From positions 1 through 64,000 of the forward strand of contig FLMG01000308.1 of NCBI GenBank assembly GCA_900088475.1: a stretch of DNA of 64,000 nucleotides, given 5' to 3'. Under the pieces are notes generated by a model. That model worked only from the letters and a program-made list of their open reading frames with translations, ran no database searches and had not been told where the DNA came from. Position numbers and translations under genes: made by a program. Source of the DNA: Hyphochytrium catenoides. Lineage: Eukaryota; Protista; Hyphochytriomycota. Numbering within the stretch: position 1 is the stretch's first letter; each line of letters starts with the position of its first letter. Shown in pieces: positions 10,325 to 23,221 of the stretch.

Positions 10325-13300
10325 ATGAAGAAGTACCGATTGCTGGCGAAGAAGGGAGAGGGCACGTTCTCAGAGGTTCTTCGGGCGCAGAACATTAAGA
10401 CGGGCAAGCACTGCGCCATTAAGTGTATGAAGTCCAAGTTTGACTCGGTCGAGCAGGTTAATAATCTTCGCGAGATCCAGTCCTTGAGACGCGTTTCTCC
10501 TCATCCAAACATCATCAAGCTGGAAGAGGTGCTCTATGACCAGCCCACCGGTAAGGTAGTAGCTTGCCTTGTGTTCACGCTTTCCCTGGCAATGGATGGG
10601 TCAAGTTAGGAAAGCAGCTGACGCTCTGCTGTCTAATGCTTTATCAGGGCGTCTGGCGCTGGTGTTTGAGCTGATGGAGATGAATCTCTATGACTTAATC
10701 AAAGATCGGTCAGAGTATCTGGACGAGACACTAGTTGCCCGCTATATGTGAGTCAACCAACAACCAGAGAAAGAAAGAGGGAAGAGGCACCGGGATCGGC
10801 TATGCATCGTTCCTGTCAAAAAGCGCTTCCTCTCTCTGTTTCTTTGTCTCTTTCCTTCATCCTGTGCTCCTTTTGCGATAGTATGCACGCATATTGGCTA
10901 ACTTCTATTCTATCTGTCAAGGCGAAGATGTTTCTCTTTCTTTCCTTTCTCAGTCTCTTCCTTTCTCAGTCTCTTCCTTTTTCTTTCTCCCTTTCTCTCT
11001 CTCCTATCTCTCTTTGATTATCTCTCTTTCTCTTTCTCCAGTCGCTGTCCCTTTCTACTACCGGATCTCTCTCTCTCCGCCATGCTCCCTCACTCCACCA
11101 ACCTGTCATATAAGCTCTGTCTCTAGCCGAGGTTATCTCTTGTACTGTTCTTCCTTCTCTTTTTTCTATCCTGGCTCTTCTACTTTATAGCCTCCTTAAG
11201 GGAAATGACTTCATCTCACGCTCGCTCTCCTCCTTCCCAGGTGGCAGAGCTTCAACGGTCTGGCGCACATGCACAGAAAGGGGATCTTCCATCGAGACAT
11301 AAAGCCCGAGAACATCCTTTTAGCTCCAGACGGAATGCTGGTGAAGATCGCGGACTTTGGCTCGTGTCGGGGCATTCATTCGAAGCAGCCGTACACTGAG
11401 TACATTTCCACACGATGGTGACTGAGATCTACTATGGACTTATTCTTATCCGACACTGGTCCAGCCGTCACTCTCCAGATACTTCCATCACCTGCTTTAT
11501 ACTCTTCCTTCTACGAAGAGTAGACCTCTCCCTCTCTCTATATATGAAATACCCTCTCTTTTTCACTCTTTCGGCGGTCATACTGATGTCCTCTCTTTCT
11601 AACTGTAGGTACCGTTCTCCTGAGTGTTTGCTAACTAACGGCTACTACGGCGCTGAGATGGACATCTGGGGCCTGGGCTGTGTGATGTTTGAGATCATGA
11701 GGTCAGTTTCGTCATGTTCTCTTCCAGGCGAAGCGCCTGTTCCCCTACTCTTTATTATAAGAAAACCTCTTGACCTGAGTGTCTCCCTCTCCACTCCAGT
11801 CTCTATCCTCTCTTCCCAGGACAGAACGAGGCTGACCAGGTAGACAAGATCCATAGAGTCATGGGCACGCCCTCCCCTGAGGTGATAAAGAGCAAAGCAG
11901 CGACTGCAGTTGTTCATGTCTAGGATCCCAGCTAACGAGATGCCATGTGCCTTGCTCTGCCTTGCTTTTGCACAGACGCTAGCTCCCTACAGAAAAGTTG
12001 GCGCATCGCATGTTGACTTTGACAATCTCACAGTGTATACTGGAACCCCTCTCGCTGCCCTTCTGCCGTCTTTTTCCAATGACGCTTTGGACCTTCTGCG
12101 TAATGTAAGGGAGGAAGATGCTCTCTCTGTTCGAGGACCTCTTCAAGGAAGCCTTGCCGAACGATGCATCGAGGGTTAACAACCTGTTGCTATCTCCTCT
12201 TTGTCATCGTGTTTCCGTTTTGCTCACACAGCTGCTGAAGTACAACGCTAAGGAGAGATTGACAGCAGAACAAGCGTTAAATCACCGCTTCTTTGATAGC
12301 TGCAGGTTAGTGGGCCCTCACTGCTGCTGAAGATGATGGACCCGGTAGGGTCGTCGACACGAGAAGTAACTACGTAGAGAAGAAGGTTAGCCAGCAGCGG
12401 GGAAACGTTGATTAGTCTGACCCTCGGCCTAAGAGCAAGAAGGAGGACCAGGAGACAACAGAAGAGGTTGCAATAATAGCATTTGTGCAAAAGAATCACT
12501 CTTCTTCGGATCTTCTTCCAGGAACATGGACCTCTCAGCAGGCAGCACCCCCACTAACAAGAAAGCTCAGGCGTCAGAGGATCCCGCGAAGTATCAGACT
12601 GCCAAGACTAGTGGCCCCAAGGAACAGCCTGACCTCAAGCCAACAAAGGAGAAAAAAGAGGAGGTGGCACCGCAACAGGCTGAGAGCAACAGGTATGCAA
12701 GGCTCGTACCTCTCGGGCTTCTCTTATCTTCTTCTCCAGCTCCCACTTCCACATAAAGCTCTATCCCTCATCGTCCTTTCCCGTCCGTGCTCCATATTGT
12801 GGCCCTACACTATCATGGAAGTAGCTCTGCCGTGGCCTATAAGAAGAAAAGGGTAAGAGTTAGACCACAACTCAAAGCAACATCTCTTCTTCGTTTTATC
12901 TAAGCGGGTCTCTTGGTTCTCTTCGTCTACTCTCAGCAACAGATGAGGGCGATGAAGAAGAAGGCGGAGGAGGAGGCGGCTCTTGCGGAGAAGGCGGCAG
13001 AGGCATCGACAGTGGCCCCACAGCAGCAAGACGCTGTTCAGAAGAATGTAGTTCCAACGGCCACTAACAACAAAGCGAATGCCAGCCCGGCAGGAGAACC
13101 CCTGTCCTCGTCTAATATTCTACCTTCTATTACCTGGTAAGCAACCAAGATCCTTGTCTCTGGCAGGATAGATACTCAAAGAGAGCCTGACATCGATTCC
13201 TTTCTCCCTTTTCCACATTGGTAGCCACGTCTCTCAGCAGCAGCAGCAACAAGGTTCAGATGCGTTGACGACAATGAAGAAAAAGCCAGCAGATAATAGC

Positions 13301-14331
13301 AGTATGGGCATGGGAGCGACAGGCATGACTGGGGAAGGGCACGTTAGGAAGCATTCGCTTAACGGCTCACAGTCCACAGCTTACGACTATCAGAGCAGCA
13401 ACTCACATCTCATGGTTGAGAAGCTCACCAAGGTACGCGAGCTCATTGGCTTACTTCGTAGCGGCCCGCGTCTTAAGGGCGCATTACTTGCTCTGATGGT
13501 AAACTTACCATGATACTAGCTGCTGATGCGGATGCCTTTCGCTTGTCTTACGTGCTCGAACCCTCCGCCCGCTGGCTTCCCCGACTCTTTCTAAGTCTCT
13601 ATCTTCCTCGTTCGTGGAGGTTCCCACTGCTCGAGCCATCTCTCCCTTAAGAACGTCACCTACTTTCTCTTTTTAACCCTTCTTCCTACAAATCCGCTCT
13701 CTGATCGCGTGCAGCAGCACAAGGGTCTCTATAAGAGTGAACTCCCGCAACTCATCCCGGCGTTAGGAAACTCTCCGCGGTCCCACGCGAGCAGTGAAGC
13801 CTCCTCTTCGGTGCACCCGCAAGGATCCAACTCCATTCTTCCTAAGCAGGACCTTCAGACCTTGAAGCAGAAAACGAAGAAAAGGCAATATCGAGGCAGA
13901 AACGGAAAGGTGCGCCTCAGAAGAGCTTGACATGTAGTCGCGAACTGCTATAGAGATAGAGAGAAAAAGAGGGGGAGAAACAGCGAGGAAAAATGAGTGA
14001 TTGAGAGACTGTGTGTGACTGGAATAGATCGGGAGACGAGCAGCTGGAGAGGAAGAGGGAGACAGAGAGCAAGGGCAGAGATCTCACCCAGAGAAAGAGT
14101 TGGGTTCCAGAGACAAGGAGAGCGAAGAATGAGAAGGTGAAGTGGTCAGATCTTGGAAAGCGGAGGAAAAACAAAGGCAGAGAAACAGAAACATAATGCT
14201 GCATCTCTTGTCAACCAAATGACTCGATGGGGGTCCTGACCATAATCCATGCCTTTACGCAGATTGTACAGAGCAAGGTGTATGCTCAGAAAGGAGGCAG
14301 TGTGGCCCCGGTCGAGCCTTCCGAAAGCTAA
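10325..14331 (+). CDS. MOK: MAPK/MAK/MRK overlapping kinase (RCK family, CMGC); multi-exon with a low-complexity C-terminal tail
   Basis: [90 protein letters not shown]. The TEY activation motif and this context are typical of MOK. The 3' exons and the stop at 14331 are inferred. Confidence 0.88.
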
Positions 14332-15059
14332 TAGGCCAAGAGAAATTTTTCTGAGAAGAAAGCGCTTTGGGTTGACATCTTGCCAACGCTTCGAGAAAGA
14401 AGGGAAGTCAGTGAGTAGAAGAGATAGAAGATTCTGCTTTGCTTCGCTAGAAAGACTCCTCTTCTTCGCTTATTCCTAGTAATAACATAGAGACTATCAG
14501 CACCGTGTCCGCCTTGTTCTGCCCTATGCGCGAGAGAGACGGGACCTCTTCCTCTTCTCAAAAGTCTCGCTCAGTTCCGAGGGTTATCGCTTTGAAGCCC
14601 GATCGAAGTAGCTGTCACTATTGGCAATACTGACACAGGGCGGGGGCTAGCAATCAGTGGCAGTACTGACGAGGACGCAAGTAGAATGTTAAAAGATAGA
14701 GCTCAGCTTCTTAAGTAGCACGCCAGAGGGAGGCTGAGAGCGACGTAGACAGGTTAGGGAGAAGTAAGTCAGGAGCCATAGGAACATGGAAGGGGATAAG
14801 GAGGTGTCCATGGGTGTATTGTCATGATCTATTCACGCCTTACATACAGAGATTAAGAAAACTTCGCCTTTGCTTGGAGGTGCAAGGCAATACGTACAGT
14901 GGCTTTGGCAAGAAGCGAGGTGGAGACGGATTGAGATAAATAGGAGAGCGTGAAGCATAGTACAGAATAGGGTACAGAGTAAGCTACCTATCTATTGGGA
15001 GGACCTGCAGGAGATTCGCAAGTTGAAGGTATGGTAAGCGGTGATACTGCCAGGTACTT

Positions 15060-18000
15060 TCACATTGACATGGCATCGGCGGCGTTGTCGTCTTCCATCT
15101 TCATACCGACGTTCGCTGGCATGACCGTGCATTCGGGCTCTAGATCCTCCCACTGTGGAACTGCGGATGGTTCGCTGAACGAGAGCTGAGGCGAGGAGCA
15201 GGAGGTCCTCCTCTTTTTGTCCGCTGTGGGTGGAAGAGGCTGCTCCTCCATCAGACCAGCAGACAGGTCTTGATGAGGTCTAATTCGACCAGGCTGCCTT
15301 TCAACTTCTTCAAGCAAAGAAGACGACGTCGACGAAGTGAGGGAGGAGCCCGTAGAAGCAGGTCGACGTTGTTGGAGCAGATTCTTGAGAAGAGTGTTCC
15401 GTCGTACTATTTCTCCTTGAAGCTTCTTTACCACCCGACCAATCCGTTGCTCCTGTGCTCGAGCCTCCTGAGACATCTTGCCAATGGCAGACCGTAGCTG
15501 AGTGATACAAGAGAGATAGCTCTGCAACTTTCTCTCTTTCTCCACACCTTCTTCTTCTTTTTGCCGAAGAAGATGGCGCAGCTCTTCCCTCTCTTTCTCC
15601 TTCATCTGCATAAGAGAAAGGAGCTTCTCCTGCTCTTCACTCTTTCTCTGCAGCTCTGCTCTAAAGAGATTATTATCTCTCTCAAACTCTGCCAGCGCTT
15701 GCTGCAAGAAAGAGTACTGCTGAGAAATGGAATTGAGCAGACTGTTCCTCTCTTCCCGCTGCTTCTCGGCTTCCACTAGCTGCTGCCGTAAGGCTTCCTC
15801 TCTGAACTTCGCCTGCTGCAACTCGTGCTCCTTCTGCTCAAGAGCCGAACTTAGCTTATCTTTTTCTTCCCGGATAGCACTAGAGGCGGTCTCCGAGAGG
15901 GCACACTGTTGTCTCAAGTTCTCCACTTCCGCTATTAACTCCTGAAGTTTGTCTTCCTTTTCACTTAACAACGCCGATAAGTCGTGGCACTGTTGTTCAA
16001 CTGCTTCTTTCTCTCTTCTGAGTCTCTCTTCCTCGTCTTCTGCTTGCATACGACGATAGGTCTCCTCCTGATAGGCAGCTTCCAGGCGTTGAAGGGTCGC
16101 CACTTCCTTGAGAAGCTTTGCCTTGGCGTCCCTCTCTTTAGAGATAGCGGAGAAGGATGCGGCCAACTCTCTCTCCAGTTCTTTCACCTGCATCTTCTGT
16201 CTATCAAGTTCTGCGGCCAGCCTATTGCTAAGATCCTTGCTTTTACCACGAGCTTCACCTAATTCTGACAATTGAGAATCCAGTCCCTGCACCTCAGCCG
16301 AAAATGCTGAAAGCATTCCTTCGAGCTCGGCTTTCTCTCGTTCTAGACGAAGGATATCTTCTTCTTTTTGCCTCGCGGCTGCCTGCGATTGTAAAAGCCT
16401 GCTTTCTCCCGTCTCCAATTCTAATCTGGTAGCTGCGAGCTTCGCGTTGATCCTGCTGATCTCTTCCTCCTTTTCTCGGCATAATACCCTTAGGCTCTCT
16501 TTCTCACTTCTTTCTTTCTCAGTTTCATGCCTGAGGCTTTCTAGTTCCTTCTGCAAGGTTTTTGTCGTGAGCTCCTTTAGCTGCACCACTTCCGCACAAA
16601 GACGCCTATTGTCGGTTCTGAGAGAGGCCAAGAGCTCTTCAATGGCTTCAAACGGCTCCTCACTGACTTTGCTCTCTAAGCTCTGTAGGTGTGCACTAGC
16701 GTTCAAAGCGTTAAAGTCGAATGTTGAGACCGCCGCGTCAGGACCGAAGAAGGTGCCAAAGAGGGCGTTGGCATAAGCTTTGTTCTCTTTAAGTTGTTGC
16801 TGCAAAAATTTCAGGGTTTGCCGGAGGTGAGACAATGTGGCAGCGTGCTCTCGCTCCTTCTCTGCTTGAGCGACTCGGTCATCCTCTTTCTTGGCTCTCA
16901 GTTGTAGCAGCTCTGCCTCGTACTCCGCCTTTAAGGTGGACAAGCTAGAGGCATGTTCGCGCACACTGGCTTCTCTTTGCTGCTTGTTAGAAGGCCGCAT
17001 ACGGGAATTAAAAGAGACAAGAACATTAGTTCTGAAAGTGCAGTTAAGGCGCAGTCAATTCTTGCTTGCCTGCTGCAGAGTGTAGATCGCCTCCTCCTTC
17101 TCCTTAACTTGGCCTCTTAGCTCGCTTATTGTTCTTTCCAGGGCTCTAAGCTCAGCCTTGCTTTCCTGTATCAAGCAGATGTTAGTTGAGCTCATTTGCT
17201 TGAATGTGCTATCAACTCTCATGGTCCAGCCAACTTCAGAGATGCTTTCGATAGTCTCTGTACCTTTAGCTCCTCGTCTGGTTGGAGTGACATGGAAGAC
17301 GCCTTCGAAGAACCGCGAAGCAGACGGAGCTGTCGCCTAAGGTCTTGCACCATGGTTTCCTTTTGGTGGCTAAGGTCTAGCAGTTCATCTTCAGCATTTC
17401 TTAGCGCTGTGGTCTTTTGGCGAAGCTCCTTCTCTTTGAGGGCCAACTGTAAGCGGAACGGTTAAAAGGGTTTGTACTGAATGACCAAGGAAATAATGGA
17501 GTGGACATGCGCACCTTGCTCTTCATGCCATTCAGCTCTACGGTGGCAGCCTCCAACTGGTCTTTAAGTATTCTGGCCTCCTCGTCTAGCTCCCTCTCCC
17601 TTAGCCGCTGAGCGTCAATCAAACGTGGCCTCGCCGTGCTACCTGCACTCTCGAACTCAGACAAAGTCCTTCTTGACTCCTCACTCTCTCTTTTTAAGGT
17701 TTCACACGTCTTTCGTAACGTGCCCTTTTCCTCTTTCCAATTGCGCTGCAACTCACTTAGTTTGGCCTCCGTCGTGGCCAGAGAGGTTACCAGTCGCTCC
17801 TTTTCTGCTCTCTGGTGCATAAGTTCTCTCTCTGCATCTTGGCGTGCTAGTGTGAGAGTTTCCAAATGCTGCTTTTGATGGCGATGTTCTCTTTCAAGAG
17901 CCTCGTAGCGCAGCCTCCACTCCCGCTCCCGCTCTCTCTCTGCGGCAAAGGATAGCCGGTGCTCTTCGTCTAAGGCTTTCTGTGTGGCTAGACGGTCTTT

Positions 18001-21000
18001 CTCGTACTTCACAGCTTCATAGTCTCGTGTTAAAGTCCGAATGTTCTCCTTTTCCTTCTGTAAGTCAGCTTCCAGGGCTTTAATCCGCTCCTCCCTTCTA
18101 CGCTTGAGATCCTCCAACTCCTCGCGCTCTCTTTCAAGGGCTCGGTTGGCTGACTCATTTAGCTGACGCGACCTCTCTAATTCATCTCTCCACTTTTTTT
18201 TATCCCGTCGAAGTCCCTCCAGCTCCGCAATGTGAAGGTTCGACCTCGTCCTTGTGGCCTCTGCTTCCTCTTTTTCTCTTTGCAGCTCTCTTTTTAGTTG
18301 CAAGACCTCCTCCTCCTTTTCTGTGGCTAATTTTCTGGCAACAGCTAGGTCCGCAGTAAGGGTATCTAAAGAACGCTGCAGCTGTGAGATCCGGAGAGAA
18401 AGATCGGCCTGTTCCTTTTGACTCTCTCTTCTTTCGTCCTCCGCCTTCTTCAGCTCCTTTTTGAGCCTTTGCACTTCCATCTGCTGTTGTGAAAGGTCTG
18501 CCGTCAAGCTGCTGATGCGGTCGGAAGATATTTTTATACGTGTGCTCTCCCTTTTCTCCCGCTCCTCCAGGCCTTCTATTGTGGCAGATGCCGTCTGAAG
18601 GTCTGTCAAAGATGCCGAAAGTTGCGCGGAAAGCGACTTAACTTGTTCCCGAGCGATCTGGCAATAAAAGATGAGACGGAAGTTCACATACAAGAGGTTA
18701 GACGGATTCCCGGGACAAAAACGCCAACACCAACTCAGCTAAGGAGCGTAGGGAAAAACCCAAGAGACAGTAGAGAGCAATAAAACTCTAAAGTTAACAG
18801 CATGGCAAATCGATGACAGACCTGTAGCTCCTGCTGCAATTGCGAGGCCTGTCTTTCCGATTTCGCATCTTTGTCCGACCTTAATCTCTGAAGCTCCGCC
18901 TCGTGAGCAGTAAGAAGCGTTCGTCGCTCCTGCTTGAGCCGAAAGACCTCTCCTTCCAGAGCAGGGAGCCGAACAAGCTAGGGGCAGAAGAGTAGGATGC
19001 CATATATCAGCATTGCCCCGTCATAAACACTTTCCCGAAGGACGATATGCGACTGACGCTGCTAATCTTTTCAAACCTCTGAGCTACGTACCTTCAGCTC
19101 TTGCAGCTCCTGTTGAACTTCTCGAGCTTCTGCTTTTACTCTTCTCTGTTCGTCAATGGCGTGCTCTGCCTCCCGCTTTGCGGCGTGGAGGACTTTTTGG
19201 GTCTCCGTCAAGGTATCTTCAAGGGAGCCCAGTTTCGTATCAGCATCCAACTTCTCTGCTAGGACTTTTTGGAGCCGAGTATTGATCTCATCCAGCTGAA
19301 CGTGACGAGAGACAGTCAGGCTAAATATATCGAAACCCCCCACGCTCTCTACCACATGCCCAGCCAATACCTTACCTCTATCTTAACTGCCTGGTGCTCT
19401 CTGCGCTCCCTGTCCATGTCTTCTCCAAGCCTCTGATAGTCACGAGTAAGGTCGGCGAGCTTCCTCTCAGTCTCAGCCTGAGCTTTTAGGGCTGTTTGCG
19501 ATGTTGTTACTGATGGTTTTAGTGCAGCAATCTCCGCCTTCAGTTGTACGATACACTGGAAAGGAATGAATAAGAAGAAAAGGAAAAGATGAGGCCTCTC
19601 CCTGCGTTATACCTCGATATATCCTCTTACCTCCTTGTATTGAATGCACTGCGTCTCCAGGTTCTTACGTTCTACAGCCATACTTTCACTCTCTGACTGA
19701 ACTTGCTGCAGTTCTTTTTTGACATGTTGAAGCTGCGTTTCTAAAGATGAGGCCAAAAGGGCAGACCTCGCATCGTTCTCATTTATTTTCTGTCTGAGTT
19801 CTCTAAGCTCTTCCTGAGCTCTATCATGCAGCTCTCTCTGCATCTGCTTAGCTTCAGCCGAGCTTTGGGCACTTCTTTTCAGCTGCTGCAGCTCTACTTT
19901 CAGAGCTTTGTTTTCGGTCTGCGCATTAGACAGTTGGTCCTAGGTCCAGGACATGTTAGACTGTGGCTAGTGCTAGTATAAGACACACAGACCTCTTAAG
20001 CGCTTACCTTAACAAGAGCACACTCTTCTTCAGCCTCTTGAACCATGGTTTTCATTCTTGCTTTGAGCGCGTCCAAGCTCTGAGCGTGATGCTTTTCTCT
20101 CTGTTCAAGGACTTCAGCCGAACTACGTGCAAGTTCCTCCTGGGCTTCTTCCAGAGCCCGCTGACGAGTTTTTAGCTCTTTATTCTCAAGCTCTAATGCT
20201 GCTACGGAGCTCTGCAGAATGTCGCAGCTCTCCCTCTGTTGGCTTAGTTCCTCCGTCACCTGCTTGTGACGGTTAAGTAGTGACTGGTACTCCACTTTCT
20301 CCTTTGCTGCCAACGAGTTAGCGCGGTCTAAAAGGTCCTGTAGTCTTTGAGATTCAGCGGTCAGCTGCCCCTTGCCCTTCTCCACCTCCAGCGCTTTCAA
20401 CTCTACATCCGCAATCTGTTTCTGTAGCGAGGCATGGAGTTCCCTCATCTCCNNNNNNNNNNNNNNNNNNNNNNNNNNNNNNNNNNNNNNNNNNNNNCGC
20501 TTCCGTAAGCTCGTGCAGCTGGTGGTTGAGGTCCCGAACATGCGCGTTGGTCTGTTCCCTTTGCTTCTCTATCAACCGTTTGTCGGACTGCAAGGATTGG
20601 ATAAGGGCATTCAGCTCCTGCAATTGCTGCTGGATTTCCCCATCACTGGCCGTTGATAGGTTGCTAGCTGCTTTTGATGAAAGCCTTTGCATTGATGGCT
20701 GGGTCATAGGAAGTGAGGAGGATATAACGTCTGGAGACGGAGGCACTAGGGCAGCCCTGACTGAGCCAGAAGTGCCATTATCTTGCTTGGCTTGACTGTG
20801 AGCAAGTAGCAGCTTGAGCTGAGCAATCTCGTTATTACGTCGGAGCTCGCGCTCCCGAAGAGACTTCACTTGAGCTGCAAGTGCTTCAATTGTGCCCTCT
20901 TTGTCACTCGCAACTTGCGTCTGCAATTTGCCAAAGACATCTTCGTCTTTCGACTCTTTCGCTACAGGTGAAATTTCCGTAAGCCTGAAGGAAACCTTCT

Positions 21001-21211
21001 TTTGGTCCTGCAAAGACAACACCGAAACATGTGTCAGTCTGACTGCTGCCTGGAAAAGAGACAATGCAAAGAAACGGGATTCGCTTACCGGAGTCAAAAA
21101 GCTCATTTTTGAGAACTCAGTCGTAAGGCAGCCTTCTGAGGCTGCTGATGTATCAGGAGTGACTTGAAGCGCCCTGGCTGGTGCCCTTCGCTCACCCTGA
21201 AAGCTCATCAT
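15060..21211 (-). CDS. Very large coiled-coil protein (cytoskeletal/centrosomal-like), multi-exon
   Basis: Consecutive E/K/Q/L/R-rich heptad ORFs (646, 430, 285, 181 aa and others) are linked by GT-AG introns such as AAG|GTACAG...TACAG near 17166-17263. No globular domain recognised. An N gap at 20453-20497 lies inside the gene. Confidence 0.75.
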
Positions 21212-21557
21212 TCCCCTTCGCTAGGCCTCTTGGGCTTTACTATAGCGGCTTCGGCCCTTATGACTCTCCGGTGTTAGAGCTAACGCACTATGACCAGAGT
21301 CCTGCATGATGACTGGACTTTCTCACAGATGAAGAACCAACCGAGGGAAGCATAATAAGTGCTTGTGTACTCCGCTCTAGGGAACCTGAAGCATCAGGAG
21401 AGAAATAGCGAGCGGTCGTCTACTCGCTGCCAAAAACAATAGATAACTGACACGGAGAGTCTCCTTTGGAAGTGCAGATGGAGATTTTAGGCCAATGTCA
21501 GCGGTCTTTAGAGCTGCCAGCGTCTGGAGGAGATTTCCGTCAGGAATCGGATCGCCG

Positions 21558-21585
21558 CCGTTTGAATTCACGTTTGCGCGGGAAA
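21558..21585 (-). promoter_or_regulatory. Candidate cell-cycle promoter module (E2F-like TTTCCCGCGC, CHR-like TTTGAA, MSA/Myb-like AACGG)
   Basis: The plus strand reads CCGTTTGAATTCACGTTTGCGCGGGAAA, about 350 bp upstream of the coiled-coil gene ATG. Three motifs fall within 28 bp. Confidence 0.35.
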
Positions 21586-22168
21586 CAGGTGCTCTCAAGA
21601 ATTGGAAAAGGTCATACATAATACCAGTGCCGGTTAGGAATGGCCCAGCTTGTTTGGAGGGTCTGTGCATAGATACTGATACTGTATGTACAGTTTACGC
21701 TGTCATAATCATACAACCCCACGTACGTCGTACGTACAAGGGCACAGTTGTGAAGTACAAGTACAACCCTTTGCAAGTTTACAGGAGTATATTCTGCAGA
21801 ATAGCGTTCATATCGACAATAGGCTAATGCCTCTTATTCGTGATGAAATAAACTCTATGACGTAACCTAAGGAGGCTTATCCGCGATACGACTCGCCAGT
21901 CTGCATGGTTGTGTGTGAGTTGATGGCTGATGGTGTTCCCTCTCACAGACTCAAGCTTCTGACCGATCGCAACCGGAAGTAGAGATCCCTTGCAAGAACG
22001 TCTGAGCTTCATCGGCATCTGCAGACGGAGATCCGCAAGGAAGGTCATATGGATGCCTGCTTACTCTCCTTGTAGTAGGCCATCAACCAGATAGAGACGA
22101 ATAAGTATCTTACCCGCCTTTAAGTGTATCAAAGAGGTGGAGGAGGCTGCCAAAGGCGACAGGGGACA

Positions 22169-23050
22169 ATGGCAGGAGGGCGGGTCCGCAGACTACTGAA
22201 AGTGACCAGAAGCAGAGGCAGAAAGGGCTGGGGATGGTTTCACAAAGCGCTTAAAGAGCGAGAGGTAAGACTGTCCAATCTGCTAAAAGCTTCCTCGGCA
22301 ATAAAACTCTTTGGGAAAACATCAAACTATCACAAATCATCAGGCCGGTGTAGAGCCCCTTCCTCCATATGACTATGCGGCACAAGCTGTAGGATTGACC
22401 GGTGGCACCAGAAAGGCCTTCTTCAAGGTACACAATGTGCTCCTGGGGCAAGGTCAGACGGACTGATAACACTCTGCCAAATTCATTGTAGCTCGCAGTG
22501 GACGAGGAAGAGATAGGAGACATTTGGTTTGATCTTCGCGACGACGTGACTCCGTTAACAGTTGAAAACTTTGCTCGGCTATGTACTGGCAAGAATGACG
22601 TAAGTGCTTCAGACAATCTCAAGGTGGTGACGCCCTTCTGAATATCTTGACTAAGTTTACGTCCTTCCCGAAAACCTGCAGCGGAAGCTGACCTATAAGG
22701 GAACTCTTATCTCTCAAGTAGTGAAAAACAGGCTCATCAGTGGAGGGGACGTGTCAGGTGATGGGCTTCGAGGCGGTATATCAGCACTAGAAAACAGATA
22801 CTTCAAAGACGAAAACTTTGTCTTACGACACAACGAGCCTGGAGTGCTCAGCATGGCACCAATAGGAACTGACCTCAACGGCTCCCAGTTTCTGATCACC
22901 ACGGCTCCTCAGCCACATTTGAATGGGACGAACGTGGTCTTTGGGAAAGTCTCAAGTGGCATGGATGTGCTCAAAAAGATTGAGAATGTGTTTTCCACCA
23001 AAGGGCGGCCCGTCAGTCCGATTTGCATTGTGGACTGCGGTGCAGATTAA
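22169..23050 (+). CDS. Cyclophilin-fold protein with a basic N-terminal extension and substituted catalytic residues; 4 exons
   Basis: Exons read MAGGRVRRLLKVTRSRGRKGWGWFHKALKERE / ...TRKAFFK / LAVDEEEIGDIWFDLRDDVTPLTVENFARLCTG / LTYKGT...YFKDENFVLRHNEPGVLSMA...NGSQFLITT...VVFGKV...IVDCG. Confidence 0.88.
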
Positions 23051-23221
23051 TTTATATGGCAAACATCAACCCAGGCAAGCGGCTGCCTAGCCCTGTAGAG
23101 GTGTCACACCGCTGCCAGGCTGTCTGTTCATACCCAAATGAAATAAATACTGGAGGTGTGCTCATACATGCAGTAGGAATAGCTCGTCATCAGAAGAAGG
23201 GGGAAGAGGTGAGCAAAAGCT

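Noticed and set aside
20453-20497. Apparent frameshift in the coiled-coil gene
   Set aside because: It coincides with an N gap of estimated length, which may hide an intron.
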